Of a stretch of DNA of 64,000 bases, positions 10,672 through 21,150 are shown piece after piece. This stretch comes from an uncultured bacterium (GTDB lineage: Bacteria; Zixibacteria; MSB-5A5; GN15; FEB-12). The notes beneath the pieces are model-generated. The model saw only the letters and a program-made list of their open reading frames with translations, did no database searches and was not told the DNA's origin. The first letter of the stretch is position 1, and each line of letters starts with the position of its first letter. The position numbers and the translations under genes are program-made. The stretch is taken from positions 32,001 through 96,000 of the forward strand of contig CBDVDR010000006.1 in assembly GCA_965372795.1 (NCBI GenBank), in the 5' to 3' direction.

Positions 10672-11349
10672 TCAAGGGTTTATTATAAGTGCCCGCTCAG
10701 GGATATCGACCTGAAACTTTGAATACGGCACTTTGGCATTTTGCTTGATTGTCCGGCGTTGCCCTTTGATCTCCAAAGAGTTGCTATTAGTTATTAAAAA
10801 GGATTTTAATCTCTTTTGATTATCTTTGATATCATATTTTAAATCAATTTTCCAAAGACAGTTATCTGCTATAACAGTATAGTTGTATTTCGACTTTCCA
10901 ATATCAGCAATAACATTGAAAAGCTGATCATTGAATACTTGCTCAATCTCGCCTTGAAAAAGTTTTAGTAAATCAAATTCATTTATGTTTTCGAGACAAT
11001 TTTCTGATGATAATAATTGCGGAGTCGCATCATATACATATTCATCAGTTGCAGGAAAGTATACTTTTAATGAATCGTGTCTGATCCAGCCTTTTAGAAC
11101 ACCTTTTCCAAGGTACCCTCTACCAGCCAGAGCAATGACTGAATCGGTTTCATACACTTCAAGCCTGAAAGATCTTGGTTTATTATGGATTTTTAGTCGG
11201 CTGTCAAAAAGGTAAGCATTGGCAATAATTTTTTCAGATGATTTTTTACGGTTTCCCTGTTCGGAAGTTGTTCCTCTTTTAACAACGGATGAACACCCGC
11301 AAATTACGATTAAGCTGCTTAGAATAGTTATCTTTGTAATAACATTCAT
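10672..11349 (-). CDS. Hypothetical lipoprotein
   Basis: Signal peptide with lipobox-like ICGC (Cys19); no recognised domain. Confidence 0.6.
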   Translation of the reverse strand: MNVITKITILSSLIVICGCSSVVKRGTTSEQGNRKKSSEKIIANAYLFDSRLKIHNKPRSFRLEVYETDSVIALAGRGYLGKGVLKGWIRHDSLKVYFPATDEYVYDATPQLLSSENCLENINEFDLLKLFQGEIEQVFNDQLFNVIADIGKSKYNYTVIADNCLWKIDLKYDIKDNQKRLKSFLITNSNSLEIKGQRRTIKQNAKVPYSKFQVDIPERALIINP

Positions 11350-11352
11350 ACA

Positions 11353-11979
11353 TTAAATACTTATCCCCGAAAACAAGTAAACAAACAAAGAGATAAACGG
11401 ACCCAGAATTAACCAGAATCCACCGAACATAATTAGCATTATTAGAATAAAAGGTGAGTACCTTTCAATCTGGTCGAATGTCGATTCATATTCACGCGGC
11501 ATTAAATTTCTAAGGATGTGCGAACCATCCAGGGGATATAACGGAATTAAATTGAAAAATCCAAGTGAGACATTGATCATTACCGAAAAGAATAAGAACA
11601 GATAGACCGCCTCGGGTAAATTTAACGACAACATGCCAACGATACGAAAGAGCATGCCAAAAATAAATGCCAGTCCAAAATTTGATAACGGTCCGGCAGC
11701 CGAAATCCAAATATCAGCAACTCTCGGATTCCGCAGGTTCATAGGATTAACCGGAACCGGTTTTGCCCACCCGAATCTAAAACCCGAGGCAAACATCATG
11801 ACAGTTCCCATCAAGCTTAAGTGAGCCATTGGATTTAAGGTTAATCTCCCCATATCTCTGGCAGTAGGATCGCCAAATCGCAGGGCTGTCCAGGCATGAA
11901 AATATTCATGAACTGTCAGGGCAAACAAAATCGCCGGAGCAGCAATGATAGCACGTCTTATAAAATCAGCATCAAACAT
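11353..11979 (-). CDS. Site-2 protease, M50 family
   Basis: HEYFH, AAGPLSN and FNLIPLYPLDG motifs; highly hydrophobic. Confidence 0.94.
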   Translation of the reverse strand: MFDADFIRRAIIAAPAILFALTVHEYFHAWTALRFGDPTARDMGRLTLNPMAHLSLMGTVMMFASGFRFGWAKPVPVNPMNLRNPRVADIWISAAGPLSNFGLAFIFGMLFRIVGMLSLNLPEAVYLFLFFSVMINVSLGFFNLIPLYPLDGSHILRNLMPREYESTFDQIERYSPFILIMLIMFGGFWLILGPFISLFVYLFSGISI

Positions 11980-12034
11980 AAGTAATCTCTTTCATTTATA
12001 CTCTATCAAACGGCATTTACGCCTAAATATCAAT

Positions 12035-12067
12035 AAAAAAAACGGCTCAGCTTTAGATTGAGCCGTT
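12035..12067 (-). terminator. Intrinsic terminator after gdhA
   Basis: AACGGCTCA/TGAGCCGTT stem followed by a T-run on the minus strand. Confidence 0.8.
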
Positions 12068-12084
12068 AATTATCAATATAAATC

Positions 12085-13410
12085 TTATGCGTATATTCCG
12101 CGAAGTTCAACAACTTCCATCACTCGAGTAATTGCCAGCATAAAAGCGCCAATGCGAAGCGGAGATTTACTGTCGAGTGAAACCTTTAAAACATCATTAA
12201 AAGCCGCAACCAATTTTTCTTCAAGGCGACGATTAACTTCTTCTTCCGTCCAATAATAGCCCAATCGATTTTGAACCCACTCAAAATAAGATACAGTCAC
12301 ACCACCGGCATTACAGAGAATATCCGGTATAACAAATACTTTATTTTTAAAGAGGATGCTGTCAGCTTCAGGAGTTGTAGGACCATTGGCCCCTTCGGCA
12401 AGAATTTTACATTTAACCTTATGAGCATTTTTTTCAGTAATCTGATTTTCAAGAGCTGCCGGAATCATGATATCAACATTTGCAAAAAGGATTTTCTCAG
12501 GTTTGGTAGGATTAGCTCCGGGGAATCCGACTATTTTTTTTGTTTTACCAACGTATTTGATAAGTTCGTCGATATCGATTCCATTTTTATTTTCGAGGGC
12601 TCCGAAGGCATCTGAGATATGAGTAAATTTCACACCAAGATCATGTAGTAGTTTAGCAGAAACCGAGCCAACATTTCCGAACCCCTGAACTGAGGCGGTT
12701 GCCTGAGTTAAGTCAATTTTAAGATGTTTTGCCGCTTCGCGGGTACAAAGCATAACTCCCCTGCCAGTTGCCTCTACCCGTCCCAATGAGCCCCCCAGAC
12801 TAATAGGTTTACCGGTTACGACTGAGGTTATGGTATGATTTTCTCTCATGGAATAAGTGTCCATAAACCACGCCATTACTCTTGGTCCGGTGCCAACGTC
12901 GGGAGCGGGAATGTCATCATTCGGTCCAAAGACATTGATCAAATCAGCCACATAACGTCGGGTCAATCGTTCAAGTTCACCCTCAGATAATTTTTGAGGA
13001 TCACAAATAATGCCGCCTTTACCGCCACCAAACGGAATATTTACCACAGCACATTTCCAGGTCATCCAACTGGCTAAAGCCTGTACTTCGTCAAGAGTTA
13101 CTCCCGGATGATACCGCACCCCACCCTTTGCCGGTCCTCTGGCAATTGAATGTTGTACTCTAAATCCCTGAAACATTTTAAAAGAGCCATCATCCATTCT
13201 GACTGGAATATTGACAATTGTACTGCGACGAGGCATTTTAATAAATTCGAAAACTGATTTATCAATTTTTAACTTCTTAGCGGCAGCATCAAACTGTTTC
13301 ATCACGTTATCAAAAACAGAAATAGGAATTGATTTATTCTTCCTTGATACGATACTCCTTGAATGCCTTTTCTTTTTTGTTGTGACAGCAGGCACTTTTT
13401 TTGAGGGCAT
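12085..13410 (-). CDS. gdhA: Glu/Leu/Phe/Val dehydrogenase, most likely glutamate dehydrogenase
   Basis: GPAKGGVRY, MTWKC, GGGKGG, IPAPDV, QGFGNVG and NAGGVTVSYFEWVQN motifs. Confidence 0.92.
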   Translation of the reverse strand: MPSKKVPAVTTKKKRHSRSIVSRKNKSIPISVFDNVMKQFDAAAKKLKIDKSVFEFIKMPRRSTIVNIPVRMDDGSFKMFQGFRVQHSIARGPAKGGVRYHPGVTLDEVQALASWMTWKCAVVNIPFGGGKGGIICDPQKLSEGELERLTRRYVADLINVFGPNDDIPAPDVGTGPRVMAWFMDTYSMRENHTITSVVTGKPISLGGSLGRVEATGRGVMLCTREAAKHLKIDLTQATASVQGFGNVGSVSAKLLHDLGVKFTHISDAFGALENKNGIDIDELIKYVGKTKKIVGFPGANPTKPEKILFANVDIMIPAALENQITEKNAHKVKCKILAEGANGPTTPEADSILFKNKVFVIPDILCNAGGVTVSYFEWVQNRLGYYWTEEEVNRRLEEKLVAAFNDVLKVSLDSKSPLRIGAFMLAITRVMEVVELRGIYA

Positions 13411-13437
13411 TTTGAACTCCTAATATAATTAAATTAT

Positions 13438-14025
13438 TTATTTTACAGATACTGACTTAGATGTTTTATCATAAAACCGCCATGGATTTTCAACAGCTTC
13501 AGTAATTCCTATACGAGGCGCGGTTGTATATTCAACGGACATCTCGTTTCTATCTTCCAGATAAATTTCATCCCCGGTAATATCAATATTGTTATGCACT
13601 CTGTTAATCCCAAAGGAACGACAAAATTTACCCGGTCCGTTTAGAAGTTGGTGCTCTTTTTTGTTTGGAGAAAGCCGGTGCATAATATCAATTCCTTCGC
13701 ATGGCTCGGCCCCTCTCAAAAGTATTGCACAGGCAGAACCTTTGGGTTCGGTTACAAAATTAAAACAGTTATACATCCCATATATAAAATATACGTAAGA
13801 GATACCAGCTTTTCCAAAAAGTGGTTTATTCCTTTGAGTTTCACCTTTAAATGCATGACAAGCAGGATCATCACTTGCAATATAAGCTTCAACTTCAACG
13901 ATTCTGGCAGATAATTTTCCTTGTGGAGAATTATAAACGATATATTTCCCTAAAATCTCCGGAGCAATCTCAAGCGTTGGTCGATTATAAAACCCTCTTT
14001 TAATTTTCTTATAGCCACGAGACAT
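13438..14025 (-). CDS. DNA-3-methyladenine glycosylase (MPG/AAG family)
   Basis: IVEVEAY, YVYFIYGMY, GPGKFC, PRIGI and PWRF motifs. Confidence 0.93.
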   Translation of the reverse strand: MSRGYKKIKRGFYNRPTLEIAPEILGKYIVYNSPQGKLSARIVEVEAYIASDDPACHAFKGETQRNKPLFGKAGISYVYFIYGMYNCFNFVTEPKGSACAILLRGAEPCEGIDIMHRLSPNKKEHQLLNGPGKFCRSFGINRVHNNIDITGDEIYLEDRNEMSVEYTTAPRIGITEAVENPWRFYDKTSKSVSVK

Positions 14026-14029
14026 TTAA

Positions 14030-14878
14030 TTACGACTCACACCCTTTTATTGCTTCGGGTACAATTGCAGCTGCAAATTCGAAATCATATCCAACTTGAG
14101 TGGGATGATGAGCATCAGAACCAAGATAATGAACGGCAACACCCTTTTTCTTGGCAGCATTAATTACTTCCATTTGAGGATAATAATGATCAAATCCATG
14201 CTTGATTCCAGAAGTGTTAACTTCAAGTGAAGTATCAGAAGCAATCAGAGCCTTGAAGAAATCATCAATATACTCCCGGTGTACTGTAAGAGTCTTTTCG
14301 CCATAAAACTTTTTTCCATAACGCAAATAATAACAGGCATGGGCAATAGTGTCGAAAAATTTTGTATTAGTGGCTTTGATCAACTGATCAAAATATTTTT
14401 CCGCTAATTTGTCTAACGTATATTGGTTAAATATTTTCTCGTGTGATCTCTTGCTGCAGAAACAGATATTATCAAGTTCATGTAGACCACAAAGAAAATA
14501 ATCAATATCGTAGGTATTTTTTAATTTGAGAATTTCATCTTCACATCCTTCATACCATCCGATTTCTACGCCCAGTTTAACTGAGAGTCCCTGTTGATAA
14601 TATTTATCATGAGCTTTAAGAACATCTTCCACATAAGGGGCAAAATTTTCAATTGAAGTCGGTTTGTCTTCGCCCTTGATTCGGATTATATTTACGGTAT
14701 CACGATTTGGAATTTTGTCATAATGGGTCGTAAAACAGATTTCCGCCAAGCCTCTTTCAATAGCAGCCTCGCAATATTCATCAACGGTTCCTACAGCATC
14801 AATTGAGTAATTACAATGGACATGATAATCAGCAACGGCTTCCATTGGCAATCTTGTGATCTCATATTTTTCAGGCAA
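14030..14878 (-). CDS. PHP-family phosphoesterase (HisK/HisJ histidinol-phosphatase-like)
   Basis: DYHVH, GVE, EVNTSG and GSDAH motifs. Start uncertain; TTG at 14878 follows GGAGGGAG. Confidence 0.8.
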   Translation of the reverse strand: MPEKYEITRLPMEAVADYHVHCNYSIDAVGTVDEYCEAAIERGLAEICFTTHYDKIPNRDTVNIIRIKGEDKPTSIENFAPYVEDVLKAHDKYYQQGLSVKLGVEIGWYEGCEDEILKLKNTYDIDYFLCGLHELDNICFCSKRSHEKIFNQYTLDKLAEKYFDQLIKATNTKFFDTIAHACYYLRYGKKFYGEKTLTVHREYIDDFFKALIASDTSLEVNTSGIKHGFDHYYPQMEVINAAKKKGVAVHYLGSDAHHPTQVGYDFEFAAAIVPEAIKGCES

Positions 14879-15512
14879 AACTCCCTCCAATCAGAAAAGG
14901 ATTACTGTTTCTTTCGGTACCCACTGTTGTTTGGGGTCCATGACCTGGGAAACAGATAATTTCATCAGGAAGTTTCATAATTTTTTTATTAATTGAATCT
15001 AATAGTTTCTCAGTCGAGCAACCGGGAAAATCAGTCCTTCCTATCGACCCGGCAAACAGCGTATCGCCGGTAAAAAGGATGCCTTCTTTCTGATCCAAAT
15101 AACAAACCCCGCCCGGGGAGTGCCCCGGTGTAGCCAGAACAAGAAATTCAACTGATCCGATTGACACCAAATCTTCATCTGCTAAAGAGACATCTGCCGG
15201 TGGTGAAACAATCGGCTGATCAAAATAAGCAGAAACATTTGCCGATGGATTCGACAAAAGCTCTTCTTCTCCAGCCCCAATATAGAGCGGAATATCATAA
15301 TTTTCTTTAATATCCTTTACAGCGGCAATATGATCTCCGTGGCCATGAGTCAAAAATATCGCTTTGGGAGAAAAATCTGCATTTTTCACCGATTCGATAA
15401 TTTGATCTTTATCCGCACCGGGATCAATAATTATACCTTCCTGTCTCTCTTCATTCCAATAGAGGTAACAGTTAACTGCAAATGGGCCAACAACTATAGT
15501 TTGTAATTTCAT
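14871..15512 (-). CDS. MBL-fold hydrolase (glyoxalase II/YcbL-like)
   Basis: THGHGDH, TPGHSPG, FTGDTLF and PGHG motifs. Start could also be 15542. Confidence 0.92.
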   Translation of the reverse strand: MKLQTIVVGPFAVNCYLYWNEERQEGIIIDPGADKDQIIESVKNADFSPKAIFLTHGHGDHIAAVKDIKENYDIPLYIGAGEEELLSNPSANVSAYFDQPIVSPPADVSLADEDLVSIGSVEFLVLATPGHSPGGVCYLDQKEGILFTGDTLFAGSIGRTDFPGCSTEKLLDSINKKIMKLPDEIICFPGHGPQTTVGTERNSNPFLIGGSFA

Positions 15513-15712
15513 AACTTTGAAAGAAATATCAGGGACTAACATTGTCAACTCTATTTTATTTATTGAGTGACTTATTAACCAGAAAATCTTAAATAAAACA
15601 GGAATTCAGGCATTACGGCTTGTGAAATAAATCACGTTTTTCTTGCCTTTTTATATTGACCCGCTTATATTTACATAATATATTCAAGCTCTTTTTTATA
15701 GGAGTTGTAGAA

Positions 15713-16814
15713 ATGTTAGTTGAGCTGAAAAATAAAATTCCGAAGTTGATTGATAAACTTGATAAACTTGCGAGGTACCTTTGACCTCAATAGCAGAGTA
15801 AAAACTATAATCAAGTTGGAAGAAAAAACTATGGTTTCCGGATTCTGGGACAATAATCAGATTGCCCAGGCAATTCTTAAAGAAATTTCTGCACATAAAA
15901 AATGGGTTGAGACTCATTCTAAACTAAGTTCCGAGCTTGAAGATCTTAAAGAGTTTTTAGAAATCACAGAAGATGATACAAATGAAGCTAAAGAGCTTGA
16001 TAGCTCTTTTGAAGAATTTACTAATAATCTCGAAAAATTTGAGTTTTCAAGTTTTCTTTCCGGTCCCGATGATTTCCGTGATGCGATTGTTACGATTCAT
16101 CCGGGGGCAGGTGGAACCGAGTCTCAGGATTGGGCTCAGATGCTTTTCAGAATGTACAATCGCTGGGTTGAGCGTCGTGAATTCAATGTAGAATTAATGG
16201 ATTTTCAACCGGGTGACGAAGCCGGTTTAAAATCAGCAACTTTTGGTGTTAAAGGTGATTTTGCATACGGTTTTCTAAAAGCAGAATCAGGAGTTCATCG
16301 GTTAGTGCGCATCTCCCCTTTTGATGCAAACAGTCGCCGACATACTTCATTTGTATCTTTACATGTTTACCCAATTGTTGAAGACAATGTCGAGATTGAA
16401 ATTAAAGATGATGATGTCAGGATAGATACTTTTCGCGCTTCCGGCGCCGGTGGCCAGCACGTTAATAAAACCTCTTCCGCAATAAGAATCACCCATTTAG
16501 CAACTGGAATTGTAGTATCATGCCAATCTGAACGAAGCCAGCACAAAAACAAAGATTCAGCCTTTAAAGTTCTTAAAGCGCGCCTTTACCAAAGACATCG
16601 AGAAGAAGAAGCTAAGAAGATGGAAAAATTCGAGAAAAACAAAATGAAAATCGAATGGGGTTCTCAGATTCGTTCTTATGTTTTCCATCCCTATAATATG
16701 GTGAAAGACCACCGAACTTCAACAGAAACAAGTAACATTCAGGCAGTCATGGATGGTGACATTGATAAATTTATTGATGCCTATCTATCAAATCCTGATT
16801 TAAATATAAATTAA
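15713..16814 (+). CDS. prfB: Peptide chain release factor 2, expressed via programmed +1 frameshift
   Basis: ATG 15713 after AGGAG; 23 codons to CTT-TGA-C (15779-15785); the +1 frame continues into the ORF carrying the SPF and GGQ motifs. Confidence 0.96.
15772..15785 (+). promoter_or_regulatory. prfB +1 frameshift cassette (internal SD-like GAGG, then CTT TGA C)
   Basis: GAGG-TAC-CTT-TGA-C matches the conserved RF2 autoregulatory site. Confidence 0.93.
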
Positions 16815-16826
16815 AGTGAACATTGA

Positions 16827-17819
16827 ATGAACCCACTTGACAAAATCAAAGTACGAGCCAAAGAGAAGAATCGCCATGTTGTTCTTCCGGAAGGAACTGA
16901 ACCGCGGGTTATTCAGGCTGCCAAAAAAATAATTGATCTACAACTGGCACAAGTCACTCTTCTGGGATCATTGTCCGAGATTGAAATTCTTGCCAAAAAG
17001 TATGAGCTTGATCTAAATAAAATTACTGTCATAGATCCGTCATCTTCACAAGATTTTGACTTATATGTTGATGACTTTATGGAGCTTCGTAAAGTTAAAG
17101 CTCTATCGAAAGATGATGCCAAAGCGACTATCACAAAACCACTTTATTTTGGAGCGATGCTTCTCAAGCATGGCAAAGCCGATGGCTCGGTAGCCGGTTC
17201 GATCAATACAACCGGTGATGTCCTTCGAGCTGCCATTCATGTCCTTGGACTTAAAGAGGGCATTAAAGTAGTCTCAAGCTGTTTTATGATGACTTTGCCA
17301 AAATATCGTGATGTTGAGAATAAAGTATATCTTTATGCTGATGGCGCGGTAGTACCCAATCCGGATGCTGAACAGCTTGCTTCTATTGCTTCATCAACCG
17401 CTGATACAATGATAAATCTTTTAGGCATGGAACCTAAGATTGCGATGTTGTCATTTTCAACAAAGGGTTCAGCCAAACATAAAGATGTAGACAAAGTACA
17501 AAAAGCTTTTGAGATATTAAAAAACAATCGTCCTGAACTAAAAGTAGACGGAGAACTTCAAGTCGATGCCGCCATTGTACCGGAAATTGCAAATAGCAAA
17601 GCCCCGGATTCTCCAATTGGTGGAGATGCAAACATTTTGATATTCCCTGATCTTGATGCCGGGAATATCGCTTACAAATTGACCCAAAGGCTTGCCAAGG
17701 CTACTGCCACCGGTCCAATTATACAAGGTTTGGCACAACCGGCAAACGATCTGTCACGAGGATGTTCAGTTGATGATATTGTTGATGTCACCGCTATTGC
17801 GATGTTAATGAAAGGGTAA
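16827..17819 (+). CDS. pta: Phosphate acetyltransferase
   Basis: VLPEG, LSFSTKGS, DGELQVDAA, FPDLDAGNIAYK and NDLSRG motifs. Confidence 0.93.
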   Translation: MNPLDKIKVRAKEKNRHVVLPEGTEPRVIQAAKKIIDLQLAQVTLLGSLSEIEILAKKYELDLNKITVIDPSSSQDFDLYVDDFMELRKVKALSKDDAKATITKPLYFGAMLLKHGKADGSVAGSINTTGDVLRAAIHVLGLKEGIKVVSSCFMMTLPKYRDVENKVYLYADGAVVPNPDAEQLASIASSTADTMINLLGMEPKIAMLSFSTKGSAKHKDVDKVQKAFEILKNNRPELKVDGELQVDAAIVPEIANSKAPDSPIGGDANILIFPDLDAGNIAYKLTQRLAKATATGPIIQGLAQPANDLSRGCSVDDIVDVTAIAMLMKG

Positions 17820-17824
17820 TGTAA

Positions 17825-19042
17825 ATGAGTATTAGCCAACTTGCCCGGGAAATTCAGGAATCGCCGACTCTGGTTATGAATGAGAAGGCTCGACTGCTTC
17901 GGGAAAAAGGAGAACCGGTTATACACCTTGGTTCAGGTGAACCAAAAAGTAAAGTACCGATTGATGCAATTTTAAGCTGTACTGCAAAACTTCAATCAGC
18001 AGATGTTCGTTATACGCCAACCGAGGGTATCCCCTCTCTCAGGAAAGCGATTATTCGTTATACCGAAGAAGCCTATAATAAAATTGTAGGACCGGAAAAT
18101 GTAATTGTTGCTAATGGTGCCAAGAATTCACTTTACAATATTCTGATGGCTATTATCAATCCTCAGGATGAAGTTATTATTCCGGCTCCTTACTGGGTCA
18201 GCTATCCTGAAATTGTAAAAATGATGTATGGCATACCGGTTATTGTAAAGCCAGAAGATGGTCGTTTTCAACCTCGCATGGAAGATATACTTGAAAAAGT
18301 AAGTTCCTATACCAAAGCGATTATAATCAATAGTCCAAACAATCCATCCGGTGCGGTCTATAGTGAAGATTTCATTAAAGAGATAGTAGAGTTTTGTGAG
18401 AAAAAAGAAATTTATTTAATAATGGATGATATCTATCACAAACTTGTTTTCGACAATAAAACTGCTGTTTCATGTTATAATTATGCCAAAGATAACTCCG
18501 ATTCTTCAAAGTTGATCGTTGTGAACGGTGTTTCCAAGATGTATGCGATGACAGGATTTCGAATCGGCTGGACAATAGCAAATAAAAAGCTCGTACAGGC
18601 AATGATTAATATTCAAGCCCAGAACACCTCCTGTCCATCAATTGTGGCACAGATGGCGGCTGCCGGAGCCTTAACCGGAGTTCAGAATTCAGTTGAAAGC
18701 CTCAGGCTGACATTGGAAAATAATCGCAATATTATGATTAATGAGTTAAAAGCCTTTAATGGAATACATGTCGAAGAACCTCATGGGACCTTCTACTGTC
18801 TGCCCGATTTTTCTGCTTATGAAAAAGATTCGGTCAAACTTGCCAACTTCCTGCTTGAAAAAGCATTGGTAGTAACTGTGCCCGGTAAAGAATTCGGAAT
18901 GGAAGGACATCTCAGGTTGAGTTATTGCGGAAGTATCAAAGAGATTACCGAAGGTATTGCCCGTATAAAATGGGCTATTGATCCTGAGGCTCCCAATGAA
19001 ATTTACATCGGCGACCGCAAGCTGAGGAGGGATTGGAAATGA
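17825..19042 (+). CDS. PLP-dependent class I aminotransferase (aspartate aminotransferase-like)
   Basis: PYWVSY, NSPNNPSG, DDIY and SKMYAMTGFRIG motifs. Confidence 0.88.
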   Translation: MSISQLAREIQESPTLVMNEKARLLREKGEPVIHLGSGEPKSKVPIDAILSCTAKLQSADVRYTPTEGIPSLRKAIIRYTEEAYNKIVGPENVIVANGAKNSLYNILMAIINPQDEVIIPAPYWVSYPEIVKMMYGIPVIVKPEDGRFQPRMEDILEKVSSYTKAIIINSPNNPSGAVYSEDFIKEIVEFCEKKEIYLIMDDIYHKLVFDNKTAVSCYNYAKDNSDSSKLIVVNGVSKMYAMTGFRIGWTIANKKLVQAMINIQAQNTSCPSIVAQMAAAGALTGVQNSVESLRLTLENNRNIMINELKAFNGIHVEEPHGTFYCLPDFSAYEKDSVKLANFLLEKALVVTVPGKEFGMEGHLRLSYCGSIKEITEGIARIKWAIDPEAPNEIYIGDRKLRRDWK

Positions 19043-20694
19043 GCAACTATATAATTGATATAAAAACTCCGGCTCAGGATCAGGCTAAAAAAGTTAAATC
19101 TGATTACGGTTTAAAAAATCTTGGATTGAGAAATCTAAATAATGTTTATTGGAATTTAACTACAGAAGCTCTTTATGAAGAAGTGATTTTTCGTCGTGAA
19201 GGTCGCATCTCTCATCAGGGACCGATTGTGGTTGACACCGGTAAACATACTGCAAGAGCGGCAAAGGATAAATTTGTTGTTCGTGAAACAGAGAGTGAAG
19301 ATCATGTCTGGTGGGGTGAGTATAATCGCCCGTTTAATCCTGATAATTTCAACCGCGTCTTTCAAAGATTACAAGGATTTTTACAGGGTCGCGATCTGTT
19401 CGTTCAGGATTGTTATGCCGGAGCTGATCCTAAATTTCGTTTACCGGTAAGAATTATCACCGAATATGCCTGGCATTCGATTTTTGCCCGTAATATGTTT
19501 ATTGAAGCCGAGACTCATGACGAACTTCGTCAGTTTATCCCCGGATTTACAGTGATCTCGATCCCTTCATTTCAGGGATTACCGGAAATTGACGGTACGC
19601 TTTCCCCTACTTTTATCCTGCTGAATCTTGAACAAAAACTTTGCATCATTGGCGGCACCGGTTATGGTGGTGAAATCAAAAAATCAGTTTTCACTGTGCT
19701 AAATTATCTTCTGCCTCTTCAGGGAATTATGACCATGCACTGCTCGGCTAATGTTGGAGCAAATAAAGAGTCAGCTTTATTCTTTGGACTTTCCGGTACT
19801 GGTAAGACTACTCTTTCAGCCGATCCAAAACGCGGACTGGTTGGAGATGATGAACATGGCTGGAGCGATGACGGTATCTTCAATTTTGAAGGTGGTTGTT
19901 ATGCCAAAGTTATTGCGCTTTCACCAACGGCCGAACCGCAAATTCATGCCTGCACCCAAAAATTCGGTACAATTTTGGAAAATGTCATTTATGATCCGGT
20001 TACCAGATTACTTGATCTTGATGATGAACATCTGACCGAAAACACACGGGCTGCTTATCCGCTGGAATTTATTGATAATGCTATTCCTGAAAAGATGGCG
20101 GGACATCCCAAAAATATCATCATGCTGACTTGTGATGCTTCTGGTGTAATGCCTCCAATTTCGAAACTTACACCGGAACAGGCGATGTACCATTTTATTT
20201 CCGGTTATACATCTAAAGTAAGTGGAACCGAGATTGATCTTGGCAAAGAGCCGGAGATCACGTTCTCTGCCTGTTTTGGGGCTCCATTTATGGTGCACCA
20301 TCCTTATTATTATGCTGATCTGTTACGAAACAAGATCAACAAGTATGATGTCAATTGCTGGCTGGTAAACACCGGCTGGACCGGAGGACCTTATGGTATT
20401 GGTAAGCGGATGTCGATACGTTATACCCGTACTTTATTGAATGCCGCTCTTGACGGGAAACTTCTTGATGTAGAATATTATACCGATCCTGTTTTTGGAT
20501 TCCAGGTACCAAAAGAGTGCGAGGGTGTTCCTGAATCGGTTTTGAACCCGATCAATACCTGGGGTGATAAGAAAGCTTTTCAGGATAAGTATCTTATGCT
20601 GGCATCTCTCTTTAATGAGAATTTCAAGAAATTCAAGGATGGTTGCCCTGACGATGTTATAAAATCAGGTCCGGTGAAAAAGAAATTTCTATAG
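19039..20694 (+). CDS. pckA: Phosphoenolpyruvate carboxykinase (ATP)
   Basis: YGGEIKK, FFGLSGTGKTTLS, GDDEHGW, NFEGGCYAK and ENTR motifs; ATGA overlap with the upstream gene. Confidence 0.97.
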   Translation: MSNYIIDIKTPAQDQAKKVKSDYGLKNLGLRNLNNVYWNLTTEALYEEVIFRREGRISHQGPIVVDTGKHTARAAKDKFVVRETESEDHVWWGEYNRPFNPDNFNRVFQRLQGFLQGRDLFVQDCYAGADPKFRLPVRIITEYAWHSIFARNMFIEAETHDELRQFIPGFTVISIPSFQGLPEIDGTLSPTFILLNLEQKLCIIGGTGYGGEIKKSVFTVLNYLLPLQGIMTMHCSANVGANKESALFFGLSGTGKTTLSADPKRGLVGDDEHGWSDDGIFNFEGGCYAKVIALSPTAEPQIHACTQKFGTILENVIYDPVTRLLDLDDEHLTENTRAAYPLEFIDNAIPEKMAGHPKNIIMLTCDASGVMPPISKLTPEQAMYHFISGYTSKVSGTEIDLGKEPEITFSACFGAPFMVHHPYYYADLLRNKINKYDVNCWLVNTGWTGGPYGIGKRMSIRYTRTLLNAALDGKLLDVEYYTDPVFGFQVPKECEGVPESVLNPINTWGDKKAFQDKYLMLASLFNENFKKFKDGCPDDVIKSGPVKKKFL

Positions 20695-20715
20695 GCTTTA
20701 TCTATATTAAATATT

Positions 20716-20745
20716 AAAACCGCAGATTTTATCTGCGGTTTTTTT
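20716..20745 (+). terminator. Intrinsic terminator after pckA
   Basis: AAAACCGCAGAT-TTT-ATCTGCGGTTTT perfect stem plus T-run. Confidence 0.88.
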
Positions 20746-20811
20746 ATTGATTACAATTTTACTATCTACGATCTTAATACAAATTGATTATTAATAATTA
20801 TGGAGTGCTCA

Positions 20812-21138
20812 ATGTCATTTATAGATTTAGACAAACTTGAAGAACGTGAACTTCTTCCCGGATTTAGAGTTCGCATGGTTCATACCGACAACATGACTTT
20901 AGCCTATTGGACAATCAAACCCGGATCAATACTGCCCAATCACTCACATTCACAGGAACAAGTTACTAATCTGCTTGCTGGCGAGTTAGAGTTGACCATT
21001 GAAGGAGTTACTCGAAAGTTAAAACCGGGATTTGCGGCTGTGATTCCCCCCAATGTAGAGCATGCCGGTAAAGCTATTACTGAATGTAAAGTGCTTGATA
21101 TTTTTCATCCCGTCCGTGCGGATTATAAAGAGAAATAG
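20812..21138 (+). CDS. Cupin domain protein
   Basis: PNHSHSQEQ and IPPNVEH cupin motifs; ATG 20812 follows GGAG. Confidence 0.88.
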   Translation: MSFIDLDKLEERELLPGFRVRMVHTDNMTLAYWTIKPGSILPNHSHSQEQVTNLLAGELELTIEGVTRKLKPGFAAVIPPNVEHAGKAITECKVLDIFHPVRADYKEK

Positions 21139-21150
21139 TCAGACTATTTT

